DNA from: the human T2T-CHM13v2.0 reference genome, Homo sapiens
Assembly (NCBI RefSeq): GCF_009914755.1
Contig: NC_060947.1
Direction: 5' to 3' (one strand)
Length of the DNA: 64,000 bases
Shown here: piece after piece, positions 1-11,769 of the stretch
Position numbering within the stretch: position 1 is the first letter of the stretch
How the letters are laid out: every line of letters begins with the position of its first letter
Notes under the pieces: generated by a model
Told to the model about the DNA's origin: nothing
Seen by the model: only the letters and a program-made list of their open reading frames with translations
Database searches by the model: none
Made by a program: the position numbers and the translations under genes

Positions 1-262
1 ATATACTATATTCTTTCAATGAAGTAAGCTAGAGAAGAAAAAATGTTATCAAGAAAATCATAAGAAAGAGAAAACATACTATTCATTGAGAAGAATTATA
101 TCATCATAAAGGTCTTCATCCTTGTCTTCATATTGAATAGGCTGAGGAAGAGGAGAAAAAGGAGGATTTGGTCTTTCTATCTTATGCATGGCAGAGGTGG
201 AAGAAAATTTGACTTTTAGTGGACCTGTAAGTTTCAAAGCCATGTTGTTCAACGGTCAACTG
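1..262. mobile_element. Tigger2/MER8-family DNA transposon end (TcMar-Tigger), cut by window start
   Basis: Ends in TIR-like GTTGTTCAACGGTCAACTG followed by TA. Internal 'atcataaaggtcttcatc...aggctgaggaagaggag' matches the remembered Tigger2/MER8 consensus. Confidence 0.75.
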
Positions 263-271
263 TATATCCAT

Positions 272-1218
272 ATGTTTCTTAGTCCATTCAAGCTGCTATA
301 ACAAAAATACCATAAACTGGGCGGCTTATAAAATAGAAACTTATTTCTTACAATTCAAGAGGCTGGGAAAGTCCACAATCAAGATGCCTGCAGATTCCAT
401 GTTTGCTGAGGGCCTCCTTCCTTGTACATAGACAGAGGTCTTGCTGAGTCTGCAATAGGTAGAAAAGGCTAGGGAGCTCTCTGGGGTCAGTTTAATAGGG
501 CTAAACCAGGGCTTTGTCCTCATGACCTGTATTAGTAATGGTTTTCTACAGCAGCAGAACTAACAGAATATATGTATATATGAAAGGGAGTTTATTAGGA
601 GGAATTGACTCACATGATCACAAGGCAAAATCTCATGATAGGCCTTCTGGAAGTGGAGAAGCAAGGAAACTACTAGTGTCTTTGCTCGAGTCCAAAAGCC
701 TCAAAAGCAGGGAAGCCAACAGTGCCACCTTTAGTTTGTGGCCAAAGGCTGGAGAGCCCCTGCCAAATCACTGGTGTAAGTCCAAGAGTCCAGAGGCCAA
801 AGAACCTGGAGTCTCATGTCCAATGGAAGAAGGAGCAGAAGGAAGCACCGAGAACAGGAGAAAGATGAAAACGAGAAGACTCAGCAAGCCAGCTTATCCC
901 ACCTACTTCCACCTGCTTTGTTCTAGCTATGCCGGCAGCCAATTGGATGGTGCCCACCCATATTGAGAGTAGGTCTTCTTCTCCTAGTCCACCGACTCAA
1001 ATGTGAATCTCCTTTGGCAATACCCTCACAGACACACCTAGAAACAATACTTTACCAGATATCAAGGCATCTTTCAATCCAATCAAGTTGACACCCAATA
1101 TTAACTATCACACGACCTAATCACCTTCCAAAGCTTCACTTCCAAACATCATTATATTGGAAGTTAGGACTTCAACATATGAATGTTCTGGGACAAGAAA
1201 CAATCTATACTTAGTACA
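272..1218 (-). mobile_element. MaLR solo LTR (MLT1A/MSTC-like), split by an MLT2 insertion
   Basis: 'ttagtccattcaagctgctataacaaaaatacc...ctcatgacc' resumes after 1117 as 'taatcacc...ttcaacatatgaat'. Confidence 0.8.
528..1112 (-). mobile_element. ERVL solo LTR (MLT2A2/MLT2B1-like)
   Basis: TG...CA termini (tgtattagt...ttaactatcaca), MLT2 motif 'caatccaatcaagttgacac', and 5-bp TSD TGACC (523-527) / CGACC (1113-1117). Confidence 0.85.
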
Positions 1219-1789
1219 TAGGTGTGTTTGGACATATGTATGCATGCTGGGTGTCATTTTTTCTTATTTTAGAAAACTGAGATAAATCCATACTGTTTTA
1301 ATGTCATTATGTCACAAACCATACTGGCTTGTCTCGACTTTACAAAATAAAATGCCTTGCTGTGTCACATTATTAGATCCTGGTTTTGAAAATGATATCA
1401 ATTTTTCTCATATCATAAAATTCAAAATTACAAATGTAAACATATTTACAGCATTCTATCACAGATTTTCACCATAATGTATTTATCCATTCCCATAATT
1501 TAGGGTGTTATATTTATATAATTACATAATATTTAAAAGCATTTTTTAGCAGCTGCATAACACCTCAACAACAAAGGTTATTTTTTCTCTATTTTATTTA
1601 ACAATGTCCATAATTTTTTTAATGTTTGAGGGTAAAGTGTTTGGTATTATGAATAAAACTGCAACAAAAAACTTTTCTTATAATAAATTGCCGATGACAT
1701 TTTATCACATCTCTGGAATAAATCCATAGATGTGTAATTGATAGGTTGAAGTATATGTACTCTTGGCTAGCTATTCTATTTTAATGCTT

Positions 1790-2250
1790 TATCTGTTGAA
1801 TCTGTGCCAGTGCCAAATCGTTTTACCTAGTGTCAATGTGCAGTATTTTACATATATATAAGGCGAGTTCCCCTTAAATCTCTTATTTATGCAATTTTCT
1901 TAGTTTTTCTTACTCCATTTTTCTCATAAAATGATTTTAAAATTATTTGTTATCTTAAAATGTTATTGAAATTTTTATTGGAATTGCTTTAAATTTGTAT
2001 TTTAATTTGTGAAGAAATGACATATTTACAATTCTGCCTCTTGCTATTCAGATATACAATATCTTTTTTGATTCATTCAAATTTTATTTTGTCACTCAAC
2101 AATGTTTTATATATTTTAATTTTTATATAGATCCAATGTATTTCTTCATAAATAATTATTCTTAGGTATTTTATACTTTTTTGTTTTTTAGATTATATTC
2201 TCCTTTCTGTAATGATTTTCATGTAATTTTATGCCTGCTATATCAGAATT
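1790..2250 (-). mobile_element. Ancient L1M ORF2 fragment
   Basis: Degenerate antisense L1 motif 'tttttattggaattgctttaaatttgt...tgacatatttacaat'. Boundaries approximate. Confidence 0.5.
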
Positions 2251-2348
2251 CTAATCTGATTTTTAACTGCTAGCTCTTTGATCTTTCCTTTTAATACAAA
2301 TGAATATTCTATTGATAGTAATATAACAAGTAAATAATAAAATGGTCC

Positions 2349-2606
2349 TTTTTTATTATTATTATACTTTAAGTTTTAGGGTACATGTGCACAATGTGCA
2401 GGTTAGTTACATATGTATACATGTGCCATGCTGGTGCGCTGCACCCACTAACTCATCATCTAGCATTAGGTATATCTCCCAATGCTATCCCTCCCCCCTC
2501 CCCCCACCCCACAACAGTCCCCAGAGTGTGATGTTCCCCTTCCTGTGTCCATGTATTCTCATTGTTCAATTCCCACCTATGAGTGAGAATATGCGGTATT
2601 TGGTTT
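2349..2606 (-). mobile_element. Young 5'-truncated L1 3' end (L1PA2/3-like)
   Basis: Poly(T) plus 'attatactttaagttttagggtacatgtgcac...ctggtgcgctgcacccactaactcatcatctagc' (non-Ta form), near-consensus. Confidence 0.9.
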
Positions 2607-2649
2607 AAAGTAATTATTCCTTTTATTTTTGCATAATATGTTATAACAT

Positions 2650-2755
2650 TGAGAACTGTTAAGTAACTTGCAAGAAGTCACACAGCAAAGGCAAGAGTTG
2701 TGATTAAGAACCTGAAAGTCAAATTCATAGTCCATGGTTCTAATCACTTTATCTC
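2650..2755 (-). mobile_element. MIR fragment
   Basis: MIR core reverse complement 'gttaagtaacttgcaagaagtcacacagc'. Confidence 0.65.
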
Positions 2756-3780
2756 CTCTCTGTAGATTTTCTAAAACAAATCTACCTTTGTATTTGTATT
2801 TCCTGGATAAACTACTGAATCATGGTTTATTATCGTACCAAAATATTGACAGATTTAGTTTTCCATAATAATGTCTAGAATTGTCTTATCTATATTATTA
2901 TGCAAGATGAGCCAAAGTTGTTTTTCATAAATTTTCTTCCGTTGTTCCTCATATATCTCAGAAATTTTACTCAGATTTTTATAACTTCGTGAAAGAATTA
3001 GAAATATTTCCTCATCTGTAAGCAATTTGTAATCAGTTAAATACAAGTACCATCCTTAGGATTTTGAAATAGTTGTAGATAAAAATTGGGCTCATAAACT
3101 TCTGAAAAACTATTTTGTACATTTGTTTAATGGTTATTGTTCCTTTCAAATTTTTCATTTCATCTAGTCTCAATCTAAAATTTTCAAAAATGACGGGATA
3201 CATATGTAGTTTAAAATGTATCCCAGAGTACTTTATAATATTTATTTATTTTCCACATTCCAGAACACTACTAGAAAAGGCTTGGGTTTTATTAATTTGT
3301 ATGAGAGTTACAAATCCATGAGTAAATTTTATTTTTGACAGAGAAATGTTCAAAACAAAGGGAGAAACACTCTCTCCAGTGATACATGGCTGAAAAGAAG
3401 TGTAGGGAATTGCATTGTTAAAAGAATTTTATATTTTATAAATGATACAAAGTAAGTAGCATGATTTGGGAAATTAGCTTTGCCCAAAAAAGAAATTATG
3501 CCCTAAAATAAGGTCCATTTTGGTGTTGGCAGAACAATTTTAGAAAGAAACATGTGCAAGTATAAGTGAATATGACAGAGGTCACTTTTCTGAATTATAG
3601 TTGTATAGGTTTGGCTTTCCTGGTGTTAATCATATGCTTTATGTAGCATTTCACAAAAAGAGAATGGATAAAAACATCAACATACTGAGCAGCATGAAGA
3701 ACAGTTATATGGCTGCATTTTGTGAATGATCTTGTACTTCACTATGCCCTTGGAAAGTAAGAACACACAGAATCGGAAGT

Positions 3781-4883
3781 TGTTCTAGATCCTTGAAGAA
3801 TCACCATACTGTTTTCCACAATGGTTGAACTAATTTACACTCCCACCAACAGTGTGAAAGTGTTCCTATTTCTCCACATCCTCTCCAGCATCTGTTGTTT
3901 CCTGACTTTTTAATAATAGCCATTCTAACTGGCTTGAGATCGTATCTCATTGTGGTTTTGATTTTCATTACTCTAATGACCTGTGATGATGAGCTTTTTT
4001 TTCATGTTTGTCAGCCACATAAATGTTTTCTTTTGAGAAGTGTCTGTTCACATCCTTTGCCCACTTTTTGATAGGGTTGTTTGTTTTCATGTAAATTTGT
4101 TTAAGTTCCTTGTAGATTCTGGATATTAGCCCTTTGTCAGATAGATAGATTGCAGAAATTTTCTCCCACTCTGTAGGCTGCCTGTTCACTTTGTTGATAG
4201 TTTCTTTTGCTGAGCAGAAGCTCTTCAGTTTAATTAGATCCCATTTGTCAATTTTTGCTTTGGTTGAAATTGCTTTTGGTGTTTTAGTCATGAAGTCTTT
4301 GCCCATGCCTATGTCCTGAATGGTATTGCCTAGGTTTTCTTCTAGGGTTTTTATGGTTTTAGATTTTACATTTAAGTCTTTAATCCATCTTTAGTTAATT
4401 TTTGTATAAGGTGTAAGGAAGAGGTCCAGTTTCTGTTTTGTGCATATGGCTAGTTAGTTTTCCCAGCACCATTTATTAAATAGGGAATCCTTTCTTCATT
4501 GCTCATTTTAGTCAGGTTGGTCGAAAATCAGATTGTTGTAGATGTGCGGTTTTATTTCTGGGGTCTCTGTTCTGTTCCATTGGTCTATATATTTGTTTTG
4601 GTACCAGCACCATGCTGTTTTGGTAACTGTAGCCTTGCAGAATAGTTTGAAGTCAGGTAGCATGACACCTCCAGGTTTGTTCTTTCTGGTTAGGATTGTC
4701 TTGGATATACAGGCTCTTTTTTGGTTCCATATGAAATTTAAAGTCTTTTTTTTTTTTTTTTCTGAGTCTGTAAAGAAAGTCAATGGTAACTTGATGGGAA
4801 TAGCATTGAATCTATAAATTACTTTGGGCAGTATGGCCATTTTTACTATGTTGATTCTTCCTGTCCATGAGCATGGAATGTTC
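3781..4883 (-). mobile_element. L1PA (approx. PA7-10) internal ORF2 3' fragment
   Basis: ORFs 3968-4306 ([10 protein letters not shown]...[14 protein letters not shown]) and 4508-4951 ([19 protein letters not shown]) are L1 ORF2p C-terminal sequence. Confidence 0.92.
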
Positions 4884-5086
4884 ATACTACCACCCAAAAA
4901 AAGCAATTCAATTATGTAAAACCAGAGATGAGATAATGAATTAGGATTCAAATATATTCTCCTTTTTGGCTGAGTGTTGTTTAGTTTAACTTAACTTGCT
5001 CTGGGTTATTATCTTGATTTCCTTCAGATTAATAAATTTTCTCTCTAAAGCCTACCATGGCATCCTCATGGCCATAATAATAATTA

Positions 5087-5403
5087 TTTTTTTGAGACAG
5101 AGTCTCTCTTTGTCACCCATGCTAGAGCGCAGTGGCATGAACAAGACTGACTTCAGCCTCGACCTCCCAGGTTCAAGCAATTCTCCCACCTCAGTCTCCT
5201 GAATAGCTTGAGACTACAGGCATGCCCCACGACATCTGGCTTATTTATTTATTTATTTATTTATTTTGTATTTTGTAGAGACTGGGTTACACCATGTTAC
5301 ACCATGTTGTCCAGGCTGGTCTCGAAGTCCTGAGCCTAAGCCATCCCCCTGCCTTGGCCTCCCAAAGTGCTAGGATTACAAGTATGAGCCACCACAGCTG
5401 GCC
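5087..5403 (-). mobile_element. AluJ-like SINE
   Basis: Antisense dimeric Alu: 'ttttgagacagagtctc...cctcccaaagtgctaggattaca...ggcc'. Confidence 0.92.
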
Positions 5404-5834
5404 TACTCCTAGCCATTATTTACATTTTTATTATATTGTCACTGTGTGTTAACCATACATGCCTCCCTACAAACCTGATGAGCTTTTGGAAGGCAAAGAT
5501 CCTGTCTTAATTATATTGGTACTACTAAGTCATTTTGTAGAAGAACACATTTGTTCCAGCACCCAGCTGATTGACAAGCAATACATATTTTTTGTAAGAT
5601 GTGGCACACTGTGCCTGCATCAGGGAGTGACTTGAGATAAGACAAACCGTGAAATAATAATAAACAACTTATAAGAATAAGTGGACCAAGATAATTTTAA
5701 GTTCTATTGAAGAATTAACAACTTTTCAATTCTTTAAAATTCAGGTTCTGTGAAATACTGGGTTCATTAAGATTTTCTCCTTCCCTTCGACCCTTCCTAT
5801 CAAAAGATGATTGATATAATGATTTCTTTATATG

Positions 5835-6621
5835 AAAGATATACCTGCACTCATATGTTTATTGCAGCACTATTTACAATAGCAAAAATATGGAATCAAC
5901 TGAAGTGTCCATCATTGGATGAATGGATAAAGAATCTGGGTCGGGCACGGTGGCTCACGCCTGTAATCCCAGCACTCTGGGAGGCCGAGGTGGGCGGATC
6001 ACGAGGCCAGGAGATAGAGACCGTCCTGGCTAACACGGTGAAACCCTGTCTCTACTAAAAATACAAAAAATTAGCCGGGCGTGGTGGCGGGCGCCTGTAG
6101 TCCCAGCTACTCAGGAGGCTGAGGCAGGAGAATGGCGTGAACCCTGGAGGTGGAGCTTGCAGTGAGCCCAGTTGAGCCCAGATTGTGGCACTGCACTCCA
6201 GCCTGGGCAACAGAGTGAGACTCCGTCTCAAAAAAAAAAAAAAAAACAAACTCTGGTATACACTCAATGGAATTACTATTCAGCCATAAACACAAATGAA
6301 ATAATGTCTTCTGCAGCAACATGGATGAAACTGGAGGCGATTATCTTAAGTGAAACAACAAAGACACAGAAATAAAAATATATTCTCAGTTATAAGTTGG
6401 AGCTAAATAATGTGTACACGTGGACATAGAATGTGGACTGATATACAACAGTCTGGGAACGATGTGAGGGGTGGGAGGGAGGTGGATGATGAGAAATTAC
6501 TTAATAGGCACAATCTATGTTATTCAGGTGATGGACCCTCTAAAAGCCCTGACTTAATCACTATGCAATCTATGCATGTAACAAATTTACACTTGTACCT
6601 TATAAATTTATACAAATAAAA
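5835..6621 (+). mobile_element. Old L1 3' end (L1PB4/L1MA-like) interrupted by AluY
   Basis: 'TCTHMFIAALFTIAKIWNQLKCPS' ORF2 end, then a 3'UTR ending 'cacttgtaccttataaatttatacaaataaaa'. Confidence 0.8.
5939..6246 (+). mobile_element. AluY
   Basis: AluY diagnostics 'cctggctaacacggtg', 'aatggcgtgaacc', 'gagcttgcagtgag', plus poly(A). Carries an internal 10-bp duplication (TGAGCCCAG x2). Confidence 0.95.
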
Positions 6622-6697
6622 GATTACTGATACATTGAAAAACAAATCTAGCCATACTATGTTTGTTAGGTGTAGAACTCACACTCTCAATAACTAG

Positions 6698-7227
6698 TGT
6701 GAAGAAGAACCACCCAGAATCCCAGAGCTGGTAAGACTGTTTTAAGCTGAAGACATTTGAGAATCAGTGCAAGCAAAAGGGAACCTTCTCTAAATTGTCT
6801 TTATCTAACTAAAACCAGAAACTTCGGGGAAACGAGGCTGCCATAAATTCCCCCTTCAGGGTGGGTCTACTCTCAGGAAACATACCAGTAGTAAACCTAC
6901 CATAAATACCTTCTCTGGGATAGTTTCATGGCCATAAAGAAAACTGAAAGACCACTCACTGGAACCTGTACAAACCAACATTATCACAAAATTTCTTAAA
7001 ATCCCATTTGTCTTTCAGAAACAAATATGTTCCTTTTAGTCAAAGAAGCTTTTCTCTCCCCTCCCTTTTTTCTAAATTAAGTATGTAAGTCTTCAACTGT
7101 AGCCATTTATTGAGTTAGTTACTTCTTCTGTAGCTCCAATGTGCATACAAATAAACCTTTTTTCTCTTGTTAATATGTTGTTTGTCTGTTGAATTTGCAG
7201 GACAGAAAAAGTTTTTCTTCCCCAACA
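6698..7227 (+). mobile_element. ERV1 solo LTR (MER34/MER39 group)
   Basis: TG...CA ends, 'ttttaagctgaagacatttgag', AATAAA near 7150, and terminal 'aaaagtttttcttccccaaca'. Confidence 0.65.
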
Positions 7228-7619
7228 CAGTTTTAACTAGGACACTTGGGTAGTCAAAAATTTACATAGTGAGAGTGAGATTATACATGAATGAAACAGA
7301 GTGCACACTGACATACGACAAATCTAAATTGCATAAATTTCCCATTTCCTGAAGTATTATGTAAAATCACCCCCTGAAGGAAAGATTGATTTTGGTCATC
7401 ATGTTTTGTATTGATAACTGTTTTGAGGACATAGCTAACTGCAGTGCAAATCTGATTCGAGACTGAGTGTAAATTCATATCCAAATTGGAAATTGGGAGG
7501 CTGTCTTTTACCAGTTTTCAAATCTACTGTCAACTTGAATTTTATAAAGCCCAGAATATCTTTCCATAATAACTCAGATCTTATTAGTGAGGAAGCTAGC
7601 TCCTAGATTAAGAAAAACA

Positions 7620-7734
7620 TGCACATGTATACATATGTAACTAGCCTGCACAATGTGCACATGTACCTTAAAACTTAAAGTATAATAATAAAATAAAATA
7701 AAATAAAATAAAATAAAATAAAATAAAATAAAAA
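7620..7734 (+). mobile_element. Extremely truncated young L1 (about 65 bp of 3'UTR plus (TAAAA)n tail)
   Basis: 'gcacatgtatacatatgtaact...aaaacttaaagtataat' flanked by 10-bp TSD AAGAAAAACA (7610-7619 / 7735-7744). Confidence 0.88.
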
Positions 7735-7744
7735 AAGAAAAACA

Positions 7745-8027
7745 AGTGTGGTGGCTCACGCCTGTAATCCCAGCACTTTGGGAGGCCAAGGCAGGCAGAT
7801 GGTTTAAGCCCAGGAGTTCGAGACCAGCGTGGACAACATAGTAAAACTCCATCTCTACAGGAAATATGAAAATTAGCTTGGTGTGCTGGCACACGTCTGA
7901 AATCCCAACTAATTGGGTGGCTAAGGTGGGAGGATTGCATGAGCTCTGGAGGCTGAGGTTGCAGTGAGCTGAGATTGCAACACCACACTCTAGCCCGGGC
8001 AACATAGCAAGACCCTGTCTCAAAAAA
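7745..8027 (+). mobile_element. AluJ-like SINE
   Basis: Dimeric Alu with J-type 'aagcccaggagttcgagaccagc' and a short A tail. Confidence 0.9.
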
Positions 8028-9889
8028 GGCACTTTGGGGGTGAATATGACAACATAGATCAAATGACATTTTGGTTAGTACACATTGATCTATTTTTTCC
8101 ACTGTAGTTAAGAATTATCTTATACATGGAAGCTCACTACTTATTAGAAAGGTATTCAGTAAGTAAGATCATGTTTCTAGGATCTCTCAGTGGTTTTATT
8201 ATAAACATTATTATTGCTATTCTCATTTCTAAACTGACACTAATATTACATGTTGAGACATCGTTAGGTTTAATTACTTTTCATAGTATTATTGAAGATG
8301 AAATGCTAATTACATGAATAAACCTTACAGTGCTGAAGTTACTATTTGTTGTATTAGATTTGGTATAATGCCTTAGATGAGAAAAGAAGCAAGTTAGAAA
8401 ATTAACTGACCTCATTATAAAATTTAATTTATTTGTGTCAGTAAACTGGAGAGAGAAAAGTTTGGCCTTCCAGCAAAATCGCATCCAAACCTCTTGCTGA
8501 AGGAATGGAATTTGATCGGTAACTATAAGCCACTAGAAGACGACTTAAAAAATGTATAAAATCAATACAAAGGCTCTTAGGCTAATGACATCCTGAGGCT
8601 AGGAAACCATTTCAGCCATCTTGACTTCATTTCTTCAACAGGCATTCTATTTGACTCACATTTATTTGAATTGCATTTAGGTCTGGTAATGATTTCACAC
8701 ATTTAAAGTTACTATTTTAAAGAAGTTTGTTTTGAGAATAATTATGTTGAGGAAAATGTATTTAAAAGCATTCAGAATTTAAAAATCAAGCAACAAAAAC
8801 CTTTACCTGAACCTTACTACCTTTTCCATGTAATCCTTTAATCATTCTGGCAACAATTATATATTTAATCATATATGATGTTTGAGGGTAGCTTAATACT
8901 TTAATTTGCTATTTACACATGGAAAAATTACAGAACTAATTAAGGATATTCAGATTAATTAAAAGCATTAAGAGGTATTACATATGAAAGGAAAATTTTA
9001 ATTAAATATTTCAAGTTTTTTATTTCAAAAAACTCTTGTATTGAAAAATACAATGTAGTAACAATTTTATCTGAATTGGCTACACTAGAAATAGGACAAG
9101 TTGAGTTTTAGATATTTTTTAAAGTGATCTGGTCATAATCTTTTGGATTCAATTAAAGTTTTGTTTTATTCCTTACTTATTAAAAATGTTTTAATTAGAT
9201 GAGTCTTCACTGCTCTTAATAAGTGTTTTACTAGCAATGGAAGGAAGCAGTTAGAGGCCCAAAGCTTAGGTTTAAAAATCTCCAGAGGAAAAACATCTTC
9301 AGGAAAGATGATACTGAATAAGTTGGCCAGAGTATCAGTTTTCTTTTTTAAGTAAAACTGGAAAATTCCATATATATAGGGCTGCAAAGAAGATGACCAG
9401 GAGACAGGAGCTGTAGTATTAAAAGCAGCTGCCAAAAACTAATAGAAAAGCCAGAATTGCAGGTCGAAGGAAGATTTACATGAAAGAAGGAAAATTTCAC
9501 TCTCCTCCTAGCAAGATAAAGCAGATAGAAAAGGATGGTTGTGAGGCTGTTGGAGAAAATGACCCTTTAGGGTTCAATTCTCACAATTTCCTCAACTGCA
9601 TTTGTAAACGATGGAGTGGTAAATTTAACTGACAACAAATCTAAACTGACAACACTTTTTTTCTTCTTTTATTAAACTAAAGTTTGGAGTATGTTGCCTT
9701 TACAAAAATAAAAACAAAGCAAAAAAACAAGATTATCTTCTTTTGGATAAAGGAATTCAGGATTTGAGAGATGAACATGATCCCCATGAAAAGGACTATT
9801 CTGTCAAATCTGTTGTTCTTGAAAAAGATGAATACTAAAATTAGATAGTGATTCGTGATCAACTATTCTTTCACTCCACTACGTAACAA

Positions 9890-10100
9890 ATTTTATTAAT
9901 ATCCTTCAAATGTATGAGATTTCATTGTTGCCCAATATTCCACAGTAGGAATATACTGTAATTTACATAACCATTTCAGTATTATTGGGCATTTGGGTTT
10001 TTTCATACTTTGCTATTCATTTAATATCACTATGGTGAACATTTTTTGTGCACAAATCTTTGTCCACATGCCTAATAATTTATTGAAAGTTGATTTCCAA
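9890..10100 (-). mobile_element. Ancient L1ME-like fragment
   Basis: 'aatattcc...ttgggcatttgggtttttt...tttgctatt...tggtgaacatt' antisense L1 3' motif. Confidence 0.55.
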
Positions 10101-10127
10101 AATATTAGTTGTTTGATAAAGGCAGGT

Positions 10128-11124
10128 CTAGAGGAGGAAAAGAATGTCATTTTCTTCTACCCATCTTAGATTCTTTGGTTGGGGCCCTGCAATTTAGACT
10201 CCTAAAAGACAGATTAACACGAGAAAAAAATAACAGAAGTTTATTTATGCATGCATTGCACCTACACATGGAAATACTCAGTGATTTGTAACTTAAAGGG
10301 GTGGTTAGAAATTGGGCTTATATAGAATCTTAATGAAGAACAATAAAATTTTGTAGAGAAGTGGTAAGACAAAGGAAAGGGGGTGTGTGCTCATAGGTCC
10401 AGCAAACTGGGGAGGTAAATATATGAGGTAAACGGTGGAGTCCTAATTTAAAAAAAAGAGTCAGGCTGGTGGGCACAGGGGAAAGCAGAAATGTTGTAAG
10501 TCTGCCTTTCTTCATGGTCCAGGACACATAGTCCTCCTGCACAAATAACTCAGTATCTTCCTGTGCCCGACTTATCACCAGTTCTTTGGCTGATTAAAAA
10601 AAAAAAAATGCAAGTTAGCACACGGCGACCTTGGCACTATCAGTACTGCTTGTAGCTTTCTGTAATGCACATGAACCACACTATAATATCCCCAGAAAGC
10701 CTTTGTCTCTTTGCAGTTAGCTCTTCTTTTGCTGATCTGTCTGTTGCTTTCTTGCAACATATTTTCATACTTTCTCTAATAAACCTGCCTTTCTTTACCT
10801 ACAACTGTCTTGCTAAATAATTTTTACCACCCACGTGACACCAGCCCCAGATAGTTGCTACATACGACATAAACTAATGGAAGATAAAGGAGAGTTAGTA
10901 AGGTTTATGTAGACTCTTTTCCAGTGCCATTTTCTATCTGGTGATAAGGTCCTCATACAGGAAATGGCACATTTTCACAAAGGAAATTCATGTTGTGTTT
11001 TCAGGTAAACAGGGGAAGGAAAGTGGAGCCCATCCCGTGTCTACCTCTTCTCAATTGCCTTCAACTCAAAATAACCTTTATACCAGAGTGCATATATTGG
11101 GATTGTATAATCTGAACTCTTTCA
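10128..11124 (-). mobile_element. ERV1 solo LTR (MER34/MER39 group), split by a nested LTR
   Basis: 'aaaagacagattaac...tttattt' and terminal 'gccttcaactcaaaataa...ctctttca'. Left boundary approximate. Confidence 0.6.
10434..10869 (+). mobile_element. Nested ERV1 solo LTR (MER72-like, tentative)
   Basis: Ends in CA, AATAAA near 10778, flanked by TAAAC (10429-10433 / 10870-10874). Confidence 0.65.
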
Positions 11125-11769
11125 TGGACAATAACTAAAAATTCTTGAAGGGTTTGCTAACTTACTTTTGGACCAACATAGCATTACACTGTTCAGTTAT
11201 TCGACCCAACACTGCATATGATTCTCTCTTATCTTTGCTAATTTAACAGGTAAAAATGTGTTCCTATTTGTGTTTGTTTGACTATTGGGAGGGCAAAGAA
11301 AGAGAACTGAGAGAAAATGAAGACCAAGATTTCTCATATAAACCATTGATTGATGCTTTTATTAAGAGAAATAAACAATACAAGAGGAATCATGGATTTG
11401 TCAGATGTACACCTCTGATAGAGGTTTGAGCTTTATATTAAAATATAACAGAATAAAATATAAGACAAGTGCATATGTTGTTTCAGCTCTGTCACTTCAT
11501 CTTTGATTTATTAAGTAATACTGAGCTCCTTCTATATCACTGTTTTGGATCTTAAATCAGTAAATATGAATCCTACTAAGAATTTTTAGTAAACTCATAG
11601 TCTACTTTTAGAGACAGGTATAAAAACAAAATGTATAGCATATTGAGATAACTTCCAATATATGTAGAAATTTTGTTGAGAACACAGAGGAAGTAAATAA
11701 TAATTGGGGCTAGAAGGTGGGGAGACTATACTTCTTGTAATATGTATCACAACTTGATTACTTATTAGT

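Noticed and set aside
538-966. 142-aa ORF
   Set aside because: Lies wholly inside the MLT2 LTR and has no recognisable domain.
7574-8102. Overlapping 162-aa and 144-aa minus-strand ORFs
   Set aside because: Translations of antisense Alu plus the L1 tail (FILFY repeats).
8474-8518. Plus-strand 45-nt AG...GT mini-exon / short hairpin (CCTTCCAGCAA...TTGCTGAAGG)
   Set aside because: Weak splice signals, no recognisable peptide and compatible with chance.
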